Below are positions 29,707 to 43,250 of a stretch of DNA of 64,000 nt, one piece after another. Under the pieces are notes generated by a model. It had not been told where the DNA came from and made no database searches. It saw only the letters and a program-made list of their open reading frames with translations. Source of the DNA: the human T2T-CHM13v2.0 reference genome, Homo sapiens. Made by a program: the position numbers and the translations under genes. Where the stretch lies: assembly GCF_009914755.1 (NCBI RefSeq), contig NC_060940.1; one strand, written 5' to 3'. Position 1 is the first letter of the stretch. Each line of letters starts with the position of its first letter.

Positions 29707-32665
29707 AAACACATAACTGAAATCCCAATTTGTAGTAAAGAGCCCACATATAAAATCATTAGATTGTAATATTCCCTTTCCTCAGAATTATTTAACTTGA
29801 TAAACAGTCTTTCCAGTAGCAGTCATCTTTCTGCAAGTAATTCAAGACTTGTTGAATATCATTTAGGAGACAAGTCATATTTGCCATAATCTTGGTTTCA
29901 TAAGAAGCAGAAAAATTACCAAGTTTAGAGTGTTTCTGGCATAGCAGCTGTACACTAAAGTAAAATAAAATACCAGCATCCTGAAATCGACCAAATACTC
30001 ATTTTTGTTTTTGTTTTTGTATTTTGTTTGCATTTGCTTCAGATGAAGCTGTCTGTGTGGCTCCTTAGCATGGTCTGGATTTTCTTTGTAAGCACACACA
30101 CACTCAAACACACACAGGCAGGACACACAACACCAAGCAGCCCTAGCTGCTTTCAGCTTTGGGAGCTGCTTCTTTAGGGCTCCTGTAACTTAGGTCTACA
30201 AACTTTTCTAGGTCTCACTCTGGGTAGAAGTCATACAATCTGAGGTGCTGATAAATGAGAAGTGCATGAACTAGATTTAATTTGGTATGTTTCATATTTC
30301 ATTTGTCATATTTCAAAGACCATCTCAAGACATAAGAAAAAGTAATCAGAATGTTTGAAAAGGGGCTTGCCTTCTAAAAATATAACAATGTTTCTTTACG
30401 TAAAAAACAAAACAAAACAGAAAATCCAGCTACTCCTAGAAGTATGGGTTATATGTGGGGAGAAGAATGAGATTGCTGAACTCACTGCAGAAAAGGTGAC
30501 TTTTAAAAGGTAACCTTGAGTTATGTCATGAACTTTCAATGCCATTTATTTCAGAACTACTCCCAAATAAAAGAACTGGAGTATGTTAGGCCCTCCTGTA
30601 TGTCCAGCGTTGGGGGAGGATTACTTGTGTACTAATATTATTACAACACACTAAATCCTGAAACCCTATTACAAAATCTACCCTCTAGGCAACTTCTCCC
30701 AAACTTATTGTTCAACCATGTAAAAACAGTCATAACCTAAAACCATTACTACTGAAGAAAAAGAGGAGGGGGTGGGGAGAGGTGAGGAAAGAAGGCTGGG
30801 AGGGGGTGTTTCCTAGGGAGCCCCTAACAGTTTACTGCTTCTTTAGGACAATGTACCAGCTTTTGCGAAGAAAAAAGAAAGGAAGGAAGAGAAAGAAATC
30901 AAAAGAAGGAGAGAAAAGAGAAAGAAAGGAAACTTGATTGAGTTACTTAACTTACCTCAAAGCTCAAATAAACTAAATTGAAAAAAATAGTACTAATAAA
31001 GAATAATGGTAAGAGGTAGTGAACTCCTTTTATATTATTGCTTTATGAGAAGACTTAACTATTAAAAATTCCTGATACTGAAGGCAAAAGGCAAAGATCT
31101 TCCACGCATCATTTCTCCTCGAAGGCCGAGACTTTTTTTTTTTAAATGTAGAAAACCAGTACAAATTTACAAAACACACTATAAAATGCTCTCTTATCTC
31201 TAGTTTGCTTTTTTGTGTACAAACTGTTAACCTGAACAGTTTTCCGGTGCAAAAGGTCTCACCAGAAACTTTAGGAAAGATGAGTGTGACTGCGGGAAGC
31301 AGAAGAAACTAAGCTGAGAAAACCCGGAAAAATACTCGGCGCAGCTGCTGCGGCCTTGGGTCATCTCACCTCCATCTACCCCGCGTGCTCGCTTTCGCTT
31401 GGGGTGGAAAGCGGGGTTCAGGGGCTCTTTTCAGCGGACTGAGAAATCGCAGAGGCCGTGGGTAAGGATTCAAGCTTGAGGAAACACTGGGGGCCGGGAG
31501 GAGGGCTATTGTAAAGCATTTCTTAATTAATTTCAAGTCCTCCATTTTTTTTACAGGGACCCCAAGTCAGGATTCCCCTTTCCCGACATCAGGGGTAAAG
31601 GGAGCGGGGGTCCCTTCGCTTCACTGTGCCCCAGCTCTACCGAGAGGCAGGCCTCTGGGAAACGAGCCGGGGACCTGGGGGCCCGGGCGGACGCAGCTTA
31701 GTGGGCTGAGGTGCCGATCAGGGTCACGCTTCGGAGCTCTGTCGGGGCCCAGCTCCCTCCTTCACACCCCAAAATGCCGCCTAGGGCGTGGGCATCCCGA
31801 GTGGCATCCGGAGCCGCTGAGACCCCGCCGAGATTGCTCCTTGTGCGTCCTCCCACAGCCGAGAGGCCAGCATCGTGCCGGGACGACCCGGGGACCCGAG
31901 TCCGGGCGCCGCTACACCGCCTCGGGCGCTAGGCCTGGGAGCTTTGAGGCCGGTACCGTGAAACACCTTTAGGAGCAAGGAGGGATTCCAGGTGTCCTCC
32001 CTTTGTACCCCAACTCCCTGCCCGGATCTCTTCCACTCTCTGCCATAGCCCCCACACACAAACTTTGTTCTGGACTTGTTCAGCCCCTTCGGGACCCACA
32101 GTTGTCGCCTCCATCGGAGAAAACAAGTGCCCCTGTTTCAGGGGGGATTCCACTCTGGCTGGCCACCCGCAAACCTGGAAAACTATTCTATGACTTCTTC
32201 CCTGACCCCCCTGGAAGTAGGGAGCACCACGATCCGCAGAGGGCGCATACCGACCAGAAAGATTTTGGGGGGCAGAGGGTGCAAGTGTTGTGGGAAGAGA
32301 TGCGGAGATAAATTTTGCGAGCCAGACCCCGACACTTTCCCCGTCCGTTTGCACCGTCTCCGGAACAACTGGCGGCCAGCAGCACTCTCCACCCCGGCCG
32401 CAACCCCAGCGGGTCAGGCGCTGGCGCCCCGACACCAGTCCCCATCTTCTTGCAGCTCTGAACCTCCAAAGACACCCGGTTCTGCCTCGCAGGCCGAGGG
32501 GGAGTGTGCGTGGGGGCAGGGGGGCGCAGCGAACTCCCCCACGCTCGGAGTTCAGCCCAGCGCCCGAAGTAAACTTCCTTACCGCTGGCAGCAAGGCCGG
32601 GCGGCGGAGGCCGGGCCGGGTGCCCTGGGGCCGGCGCCGGGAGCGCTAGGGGCCCCGTGCGGTCA

Positions 32666-33450
<785 letters not shown>

Positions 33451-36400
33451 CTGGCTCTGCGCGCCGCGCCGCCCGACACTGGGTTAACCCTCTTTGCGAC
33501 CGCCCGGGACTCCGCGGCCCGGCCGCCGGGGGCCGGCCTCCTCTCCACTGCGGGCCCGGCGCCCCGGCAGGCGCCCCCCGCTCTCTCCCTCTCCCCTCCC
33601 TCTTCCCTCCCTCCTTCGCCCCCCCCCACAATCCCGGGCTGGGCCGACCCAAATTAGCATGCCCTCCCCGGAATTGAGCCGCCCCGGGTGGGGGGTGGGG
33701 CCGGGCGGCGAGGGCTGGGGACCCGGGCTGCCGGCGCGCTGCGAACTTCCCAACTCGGGGGCGAGGCGCGCCGGCCCGCGGGGGGAGGGAGTCCCGCGGC
33801 GGGATCAGGGGGGAGGGCGTCCCGTTTCGTGAGTGTTTCTTCGTTTCTTTAAGAGCTACCAGAAAGCAGCCCACCCCCACCCCCATTAAAAAAAAAAATA
33901 AGCGAGTGGGGAAGAGCCAGCCCCACGCCGGTCCGCCTCCCGCCCACGGCTCGGCCTCCCTCCCGCCTGGCTCGGCGCTCCTCCGCCGCGAGTTCTCCAT
34001 CCCCTGGATCCCGGGCTCGCGGGGGCGCGGAGAAGAGGATCCAGGAAAGGTTTGGGAACCTGATGGGTTTGTGGCTGGGGGGAGGGGCAGTTCTCCCGCC
34101 ACCCCATCCCCTCCCCGCCAGGGGCACTGATCCTCCAGCTTCTTGCTTGCTCCCTCGCTCCCTTTCTCTACCTCGGACATTCCCAGGACAATTAGGGCTG
34201 AAGTTTTCGGGAGAAGCAGCCCCGAGCCCGTGGGATAAGGGGGCGGCCCGGCTCCGCCCAGGACCCCTCCCGGACCTCCCCCCCGGCTGCCCCGGTTGGC
34301 TGCAGGGCGCGTCACTCCGCGGGGAGGCGGCGGCAGCGGTGGCGCCGCAGAGCCCCGGGCGGGCGGAGAGCGGGGACCGGCCTGGGCTCCGAGTTCAGCT
34401 CCGGCCGGGGGGAGGGGAGGGGCTGCGGCTCACACTGAGAGCAGCAGCGAGCACCGGCCTAGGGAGACACAGCCCGGGCGGACCCGGCACTGGACTGGGC
34501 CAGTCCCTGGGACCCCTGGGCACCCCGCCCTGGGGAGGGGGCCGCGCCCCAGCCTTCCGGGACGAGGTGGCGGCGCAGAGCCGGAAAGCGGGGTGGGGGG
34601 AGGGCGGTGGGGAGGTGTTCTGTCCGAGGCTGCCTGGCGGCGCCGAAGCTCGCCTCCACTTTTTGGGCACTTGCCGAGCGCGGCGCCCGAACTTTTCGCT
34701 CTATCACCATCTCCCTCAAGCTGAGATGCAACCTCCCTACCCTCGCCCCAGAGCCCAGAGCCAGGAGCCCGATCCCTCTGCCGGGCTCAGGCGCCCGCGA
34801 ACCTGAGACTCGGTACGCGGCTCAGCCTAGCTCTTTCCCCTCGCGCCTCGGGGTCTCCTCGCTCCAAGGTTCTCGAAGTCTTGCGCCCGAAGGACTAAAC
34901 TAAACTAAACTTCGGCTGAGTAATGGGGGAGGAGGGGGGTGCAGATACACAATCCCTGCCCTATCTCACGATCAGGAAAGGAGAGGGCTCATAAGGACGC
35001 CCTAATTCGCGAGCGCCCTTGAGTCTGGCCGGTGCCACGGTCGGTTCGCGCGAAGTGGGCACCGGTCTCCCGAGCCGACTTCGTGTACTCCGGACCTGTA
35101 CTGCGCTCCGGTAGAGGACCCTTCCCTTTCTCTTAGCTTCTTAAATCTTTTCTTTTAAGGTGTAAATGTGTGTGTGTGCCGATGAATGTTTCTGTTTTTC
35201 ATCTGCTGACTTTATTTTTTTTTATTGGTATAACTTCTCCCTTCTCTCTCCCTGCTCGTCCGTTTTCCACCTTTTCTCTTACTTATCTTCTGCCCTCGCT
35301 CACTCCCTAACACACACATTCACACCCTCTCCGCCTCGCTCTCCCGTTCTCGCCAGGTCCTGATGGGTACAGTAGATTTTGATAAAAAGACAAACGAAGC
35401 TATCAGTGGGGCTGATGTTGAAGAATGAAGATAATAATGTTTCCATAGGTGGTGCTTCAAATGCCATTATTTCTCACTGAATATTTAAAGAGATCCCTCG
35501 GCAAAGATGGATCTGCGCACTCCTGGGGTGTGAGCGGCTCGCATCTCCCAGACCCCGGGGAACGTGTACGGGAGCACGTGTAAATCCCGCACCCGCCTCC
35601 ATCTCACAAACAGGGGTCCTCGCACACCCACCAATCCACACTGTCCCAGGTACACGAACGCGTTTGTGTGCACTTGCACACTCCTTTCCCGGAATGTGCC
35701 CGTGTTTGGAGCCGCCCGCATCCTTCTCTAACAATCTTGGCTTCTTGAAAGTCCGGGCCTCCCGGGCACCGCATGCAGCCAGGAACCTAGCGGAGCTGGC
35801 GGTCCCGCAAAGCTTTTCTCCTGGTGCGCGCCGCGTGCGCAGCAGGAAGCTCCCGGGAATAACTTCACACGTGTTTGTTACTTGGTCTACGTGTGATTTA
35901 AGATTAAGTGTAGGAAAAAAAAAATTCCCCCCCCCCAAAAAAACACCACAACAACCAACCAAACGAAATGAACATGCGAAAAGCAGCTACGCGATGCTTA
36001 ATTAAAAATGGGCGAGCAGAGACGAATAAATTGGGGGATCCAAACTTTAATAACTTTTTTCGTTTTTTTGCGTCCTCGACGGCGTAGAGGCGGGCGTTTC
36101 GATCTGCGCTTGGCGTCCCCCGCTAATTTCTTGTTTGTTTTCTTTCCCTCGGTGGCCCCGGGAAAGGAGATGGGAGGTGGAGGAGGGGGGGATGGGAGGA
36201 GGGGGATGGTCGGAATGGCGGGGAGAGGAGAATTGGTCTTTATTGTTGATGGCAATACATCAATTACGGGCCATTGTCTCGGTCCCAAGTTCCGTGGTTC
36301 GCTGGTGCGGGCGCTGCAGTGTCAGGGCGCTGGCGAGGCTCCGCGTGCCGCGATGCAAAGAAATACATCAATAAAAACAGAAGCAGAGTGGGGAATATTC

Positions 36401-37549
36401 TTTATTTTTGTGCGGGTCGAAAGTAGGCGGCGAGCGGGAGTGAGGTGCCACTCCTGGAGTCCCTCCACGCGCCCTGCTCACCCCAGAGACCTGCGCGCTC
36501 TACGTGCGGTAGCACCCTCCTAACTCTGGGTGGAGGTGGGGTGGGGGGGGGACTACTGGGGAATCCGGGTAGCGAAGTTTGGACTTGCAGGTTCCGCCAG
36601 AGGGCCTGGTACTTAGGGGCTGATCCGCAATAGCGAATGGGGATAGCCCGAAGTGAGGCGGCAGCTGCGCCGGGGTCGCGACCTCACTGGCGGAGAGGAA
36701 CCGCACCCGGGGGAGGCGCTTGGCGAGTTTTGCAAACTCCCATCTTGGGGGATTGATGCTCGTTCCTACTAATACGTCCCCTTAGTTTTCCCAAGTCCTA
36801 GAGTGTCCTTGGTGGGTTGGCGGGGCCGAAGGTCTGTGCCCCAAGGCCGCAGGCCACAACTGGGGTCCCAGCCATGAGGTTTCCAGGCTTCTTTGCTCAA
36901 CCTCTGGTCCTACGAAGGGCAACGTGGGGGGCGTCAAGGCTCGCGCATTCTGAGGCCTGGTTCTTCTACCCTCAAAAGTATCTTATTCTGGCCCGATCTG
37001 ACCTCGGGTCTGGGATGGGGCCTGGGATGAGGCCTTGCCTGGGCCCCAGACCCTCTTTTCCGTTCCGTTGACGGTGCTTGGCCACCCTACCCCAGAAATG
37101 GAGGACGTCTCCAAGTGCTCTCCCTGCACCCGTTTCCTCAGTCCCCAGCTCAAGGCCCCGCTGGCCCCCGGCCGAGGCTAGAAGGGCAGTAGTGGAGGTT
37201 TCGTTTTCTTAAGCAAGGCAAAAAGCGGCGAAAAGGCGGCAGCGGCGCCCCGGGGGCGGGGGACGAGGCACATCGATGGTATCAACATTATTGATGGGGA
37301 AAAGTTCGGGGCAGGAGCCCGGAGATCAGGTTCCCAGTCCCTCCCCTGCCCGGAGGTGGGTGGGACAGAGCGGGTGGCCAGCTGTGTGTGTGTGTGCATG
37401 TGTGTGTGTTGGTGGGGGGGTGTTCCTGAATGCACCCGCATTAACCACCTGGGGTTTATTTGTATTTTCCTTGTCTGAAAGTTTGCGGGGGCAGAGGGAA
37501 AAGGAAGGGTTGAGGTGGCTTGTACCCTCTAGCCCTTAGGGCTCTTAAC

Positions 37550-37590
37550 TAGGGTTGGGGTTGGGGTTGGAGTTAGGGTTGGGGGAGGGG
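37550..37590 (+). repeat. Telomere-like TTGGGG/TTAGGG G-rich repeat
   Basis: TAGGGTTGGGGTTGGGGTTGGAGTTAGGGTTGGGGGAGGGG. Confidence 0.7.
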
Positions 37591-40166
37591 TGCGGGGAGA
37601 ACAGGAAAAAAATGACAGAAAAAAAGATCAAGTTTGGAAAGCTCTCCGTAGATTCGGTTATTTTTCCAAACCCCGGGACCTTGCTTCCCCGGGAGTTTCA
37701 GAAACTCCTTTCCTACTGAACTGCTGTCACTCAATCCTAACCTCTCTTAGAACACTGGAGCGGCTTCGAACCCGAAGTATGGAGCAGGCTTGGGTGGGTA
37801 CCTCGCCCCTGGCCAAGTCTACACTGTGCGCCCTCGGCGCACTCGCTCTCCAGCAGTTCAATACCAGCAGCAAAACGCAGGTTTTTGGGGGAACTCCCGC
37901 CGCCCGCCACCAAGGGCTATCTCCAGACGGGCGCCGGGTGCAGCGCCGTGACCGGGCGCCCTGGCGCCGGCTCGGGCGCGAAATTCAGCGGTGGCAAGCG
38001 GAGGGTGGGCTTGGTAACCACCCGCGCGCGCCCGAGCCAAGAGTCGCGTACTGTCTGCCCGCGGCAAAGTTCGTCTTTCTCCGCTTGGAGGGCTGTTCCT
38101 ACACCGGTATTAAGAAACCGACTTCGCTAGCGACTGCAAGTGCTTGCGATTTTGACTTTCCGTCCACAGTTGAGCGTCTTGCACTTAAATTCACTGCGCC
38201 CCGCATGCAACAGTGCCTCGCCAAGGGGCCTCTGGGTATGAAATTCCTCCCAGAGGAAATGTCCCGACGTAGAGAAAGTGGAAAAGGCTAATCGAATTTA
38301 TAAAAAGAAAATCTTTCCTCCTTTTGGTTAAATCCCTTTGCGGTTTTCTGAGCGCGAAAAAAAAATTATCACCATGTAATAGAGTGTAGCTAATTCTTAG
38401 AACCTAGTAGTAGGATGTTCAGGAAGCCCAGCAGGACGCACAGATTCCCATCTGCCGCTCCAGTAGGACCTTAGTTAGGATCCAGCGAATAGTGGTTAGT
38501 TCCTGTGTCTTCTGTTGGAAATAGGTGTGAGATCTGTGGAGTCCTGTTCTCGGAGCGTGTGCATTTGGAAGAGACTGGTAGTCTGCCAGGAAACTCACTT
38601 TCATTCATAAATGAGATCCCCTCAAACGACCTCCTTATGGCATTCCTGGATGAACTAACTTAGCACATCTCTTGCAACAAAGTTTTATTTAAAAAAAATT
38701 TACGCTGCCACTTTTTCAGCAGAACTTCCATTGTTAAAGAACAGATAAAAAATTCTCAGAGATGTGCATCTTGGTTTTTACAAAAAAAAGTTGTGTGCAG
38801 TGAACCCTTGCTGGTGAATGGCTTCTCTTCCTCAGTTTTCATGCAGGAAAAAGCACCTTTTGGTTTCTGTTTGGTGGAAATGAAATGGCAAGGTCTGATT
38901 TCAGAACTGTGCTGGCGTACTGACACTTGGCTGTGAGCAAGGTCTGCCTGTCACTCACATTATAGATAATTTACAAACCCCTCAAGTCTCAGCTGAGCTA
39001 TGACTTTCATAGGGAATATTTCTCAGGGTTTCTTGCTACTGACTTTTAAGCAAAGATCATTTTTTGTTTTTTCCCTGATGGAGAGAGGTGCTTCTTGGGG
39101 CTGCAGTTTGAATCACATTTGTAGCTTTACCCTGCCCCCACAATGAACTTCAATTCGTCAATCCTGTGCAACCTTTTCAGTTCAAACCCACATTCTTTCC
39201 TTTTCAGCTCCATATGTGTGGTCAGTAAGGAAGGGGTAAAAAAAAGGGTGTGGCAGGGATAGCCCACTCTTCTCCCTCTTCCCCTTTTCCCAGATTGACT
39301 AAACTTTCTTAATTATTGCACTATAATTTCTTTCTTTCAATTTTTATCTTTGTCTCTTCAGCCACATTAACAATATTGTTCTCTTCAACTCAACATCCAG
39401 TTTGACATAGAGTTTTACATTTAAGACACCAACATTTCCCAACCCCAAACCCGTGTCTCCCTGTTTTCTTATGCCTTCTTAAAACAGAAGCAATTATCCC
39501 TGAAGCCATAATCCCAAACCCACACACTAATGTTAGCAACTAGTTCCAGTCTTTTCTTCCTCTTCATGTTTATAAATTCTCCTTCTGTCCTGGCCTCCCC
39601 TCTTTCATCCTGGCTTTCCTCACTTCCCCAAGACTCTTTGACATGTTTTGTAGTAAATTCCAATCCTCGAGAAGATTCACCCAGAAGTTTGCTCAGGGTG
39701 TAATATCTGTAACTTTTGCTGAGAACTGGGCCCAGGTCTTGCTGTGGACTTTGCTCATGCTGTAATGGATGCCTGGGAACTAAACAAGGGAAGATGCCAG
39801 CACATTCCTCCTTCTCCAACCAAAGCAAAATGATTTCAAGAGAACTGGGGTGCAGCCCACATTTTCCAGGTTTGTTTTTGTTTCCTCTTTCTTTCCTGGA
39901 CCCCACAACACGTTCAGTTTGGGAGAACAGTGCTGAATAACCCAGTTCCTATTATCTCCACCCCATGGACAATCTCTCCTCTGCAGATCTCACATATTTG
40001 CTGTGGACTCGCTTGATTCCACATGTGCTACTTGGGAGTTGAGCGTGCAGACTCACAGTCAGGTTATTTGGGTGCACATTCTGGCTCTGCCATTTAACAC
40101 TGGCCAGGGAACGCAGCCCTAAGCTTGCCTCTGCGGATCGGGGAGCCTTGTTCAAATTAAGATCGC

Positions 40167-40387
40167 CACTTTGGGAGGCCAAGGCGGGCGGATCACGAGG
40201 TCAGGGGATCAAGACCATCCTGGCTAACACAGTGAAACCCCATGTCTACTAAAAATACAAAAAGCCTGGGCATGGTGGCACGTGCCTATAGTCCCAGCTA
40301 CTTGGGAAGCTGAGGTAGAAGAATCACTTGGACCCAGGAGGCAGAGGTTGCAGTGAGCTGAGATTGCGCCACGGCACTCTGTCTCAA

Positions 40388-40440
<53 letters not shown>
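40167..40440 (+). mobile_element. 5'-truncated, internally deleted Alu (AluY/Sc-like) with (AAT)17 tail
   Basis: GGATCACGAGGTCAGG...ACCATCCTGGCTAACAC. TSD AAATTAAGAT(C/T)GC at 40154 and 40441. Confidence 0.92.
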
Positions 40441-40443
<3 letters not shown>

Positions 40444-40489
40444 TTAAGATTGCTACCCTCCATTTTCTGCTTCATAAAATGTAGCCAAG

Positions 40490-40760
40490 GGAAAAGAAGC
40501 ATAGTGCTTAAGAGCATCTAACAAGGATTCGGCTTTGCCTCCTACCAGCAGTGTGACCTGTATATGTCTCCAACAGTTTCTTGGTCTGCTAAATGAAGGT
40601 AATAATCATTCGTATTTCATAGAGTTCTGGAGGGTTAAAAGAGTTAATATGTATGAAAAATTTAGAATAGTGGCCGGCATATAATCAGCACATTATAGGT
40701 GTGAACTTTTATTGTTATTACTTCTCAAGGTGGTTGTGAGAATAAAATTATATCCTATGG
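40490..40760 (+). mobile_element. MIR SINE
   Basis: AGCATAGTG...AAGAGCA...GTGTGACCT...TTAGAATAGTGGCCGGCATAT. Confidence 0.65.
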
Positions 40761-42274
40761 TTAAAATATCATTCTGTATTCACCCATCCATCCATCCATT
40801 TATTCATTCACGTCACAGAGGTGCGTGCTAGGCATGGGATATCTTTTCCTTGCTTACAAGCAATTAATCAAACCTTATTTCCTGAGAGCATGTTATTGCC
40901 TGGCTCAGTGTTGGGGGTGAAGGGAACAGTGTAGTGGAAAAAATAAAAGCATTGCTTGATCTCAGGTAATTTCTAAGATTTGAATGGGTGGTTCAAGCTA
41001 GTAAAGAAATTTGAGACTACAGCAAGTTGTGCATGAGCCAAAGCATCCTTTTGCCTGTGGGTCTCCTGGGCTGGGGACAGACCATCTTCATGCTTCTAGA
41101 AGGTTTAGAAGCACCGGTGGACATGTAAGTGGCCTTTTGCTCAGGTGCCAGCATGTATTCACTTGGTTGTTTTATTTGGTTCACTTAAAACAAAAAATTG
41201 TGTAGTTTTCCGAATTGTGCAGAAAAAGAAAAAACAAAACAAAACAAAACAGGTGCCGTTTTTTTGGGGGAGTGGGGACCTGTAAGGTTTAAACCACTTA
41301 CGGTCTCATAGGCCTCACTTTTCTGGCAATTTTACTTCCCATTTTGTCAGATTGTAAAAATTAGTCATGTTTATTACAACAGAGCAATCTGCAGCCAAAT
41401 CTAAGAGTTGGAATGGAAACTCCTCCCATCAGCCTGTCCTGCCCTTAAAGGTGTGTGTCTCCTGGATCTGCATTCAGACCCTGCAATAGCTGCTGCATGG
41501 ACCAACTCATTATTGGCATGATAACCATGTTGTGACCAAATGTAATTTAACATTTGCAGGCAGAAGGCACAGTGCCCTTGTGAAACCCCCTCCCTTGTGC
41601 TTTCAGATTAAAACACTTTTTATGGTTAGAATCTGGAAAAGGAATGAAAATCAGAGCAAAAAAACCTGTTACCAGCGGAGTTGTATAAAATGAGAGACAA
41701 TAGCATCTGTGTATGGTTTTCAATGTAATCACGGCTTCCCTGGGAAGCATCTGACAGCGAATGTAGTTTAAGACATTCGCAGATGTCCCAGCAACTGGAG
41801 GGTGAGGTTTCTTTTCTTCCTGGTGTTGGGGTAGCAGACTTGATGTAATCTGTCGCTGCATGTCCTTCTCCTCAAAAATAGTGCTTGGGAGCCCTCGGGG
41901 GCTTTATTTAGAGGCTCTTAGGAGCTTGGCAGTATGTAAATTACATGTGAGTGTCCTTCAGGGTCCCTAGTGGTCACAATCAGAGGGATTTAAACATGAT
42001 TTAGCATTTCAAATGATTTGTAGGAGCACCGGAGCCAGCCAGTGTGGTGGGGATCACCAAGGCTGACTTGCTCACCATCATGTTAAATAGATTTTCGTGT
42101 CACAGCTGCTGGGTTTGGTCCAGGCCCTTGTGCCAATCCATGAGCAAGCCCGTGTTAGTGGGTGGCCTTCCAGATTTCTTTACTCTATTAGGGAGTTCTG
42201 AGATTTTGCAAAAAATACCTGTTTTATAACTTTTAAAACTATAGTTCAATCCATAGTGGTCTTTCATCTTTTAA

Positions 42275-42520
42275 TACATTCATTCATTTATTCTCTTATA
42301 CTTTCACTTAACTAATATTTATTGAGCACCTACTATATAGCAGTCAATATTATAGGCATCTAGGGTATAATGGTGATCTTGGAAGACCTCTGAGGAAGTG
42401 ACTGGAGCATTGAGGTGTGAATGATGAGAAGGTATGAACTATGTCAAGATTTGGGAAACATTCCAGGCCAAGAACAGGGCAAGTGCAAAGATCCTGAGGT
42501 GGGAATGAGGGCAGAGAAGT
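42275..42520. mobile_element. L2 fragment
   Basis: CATTCATTCATT...ATATTTATTGAGCACCTACTAT...CAAGTGCAAAGATCCTGAGGTGGGA. Confidence 0.7.
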
Positions 42521-42619
42521 GGGATCCTTTTTTATTTTCCTTTTTCCTTGTTATTATACTTTCAGGAGGATTAAAAAAGTTAAATTTCCTTTTTCAAAAC
42601 TGGTTTTTGCAATTGCATA

Positions 42620-43250
<631 letters not shown>

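Noticed and set aside
32300-32500. Alternative intronic first exon for the Met98 isoform
   Set aside because: Such an isoform is known, but I could find only a weak donor (ACG|GTGCAA) and cannot fix coordinates from sequence alone.
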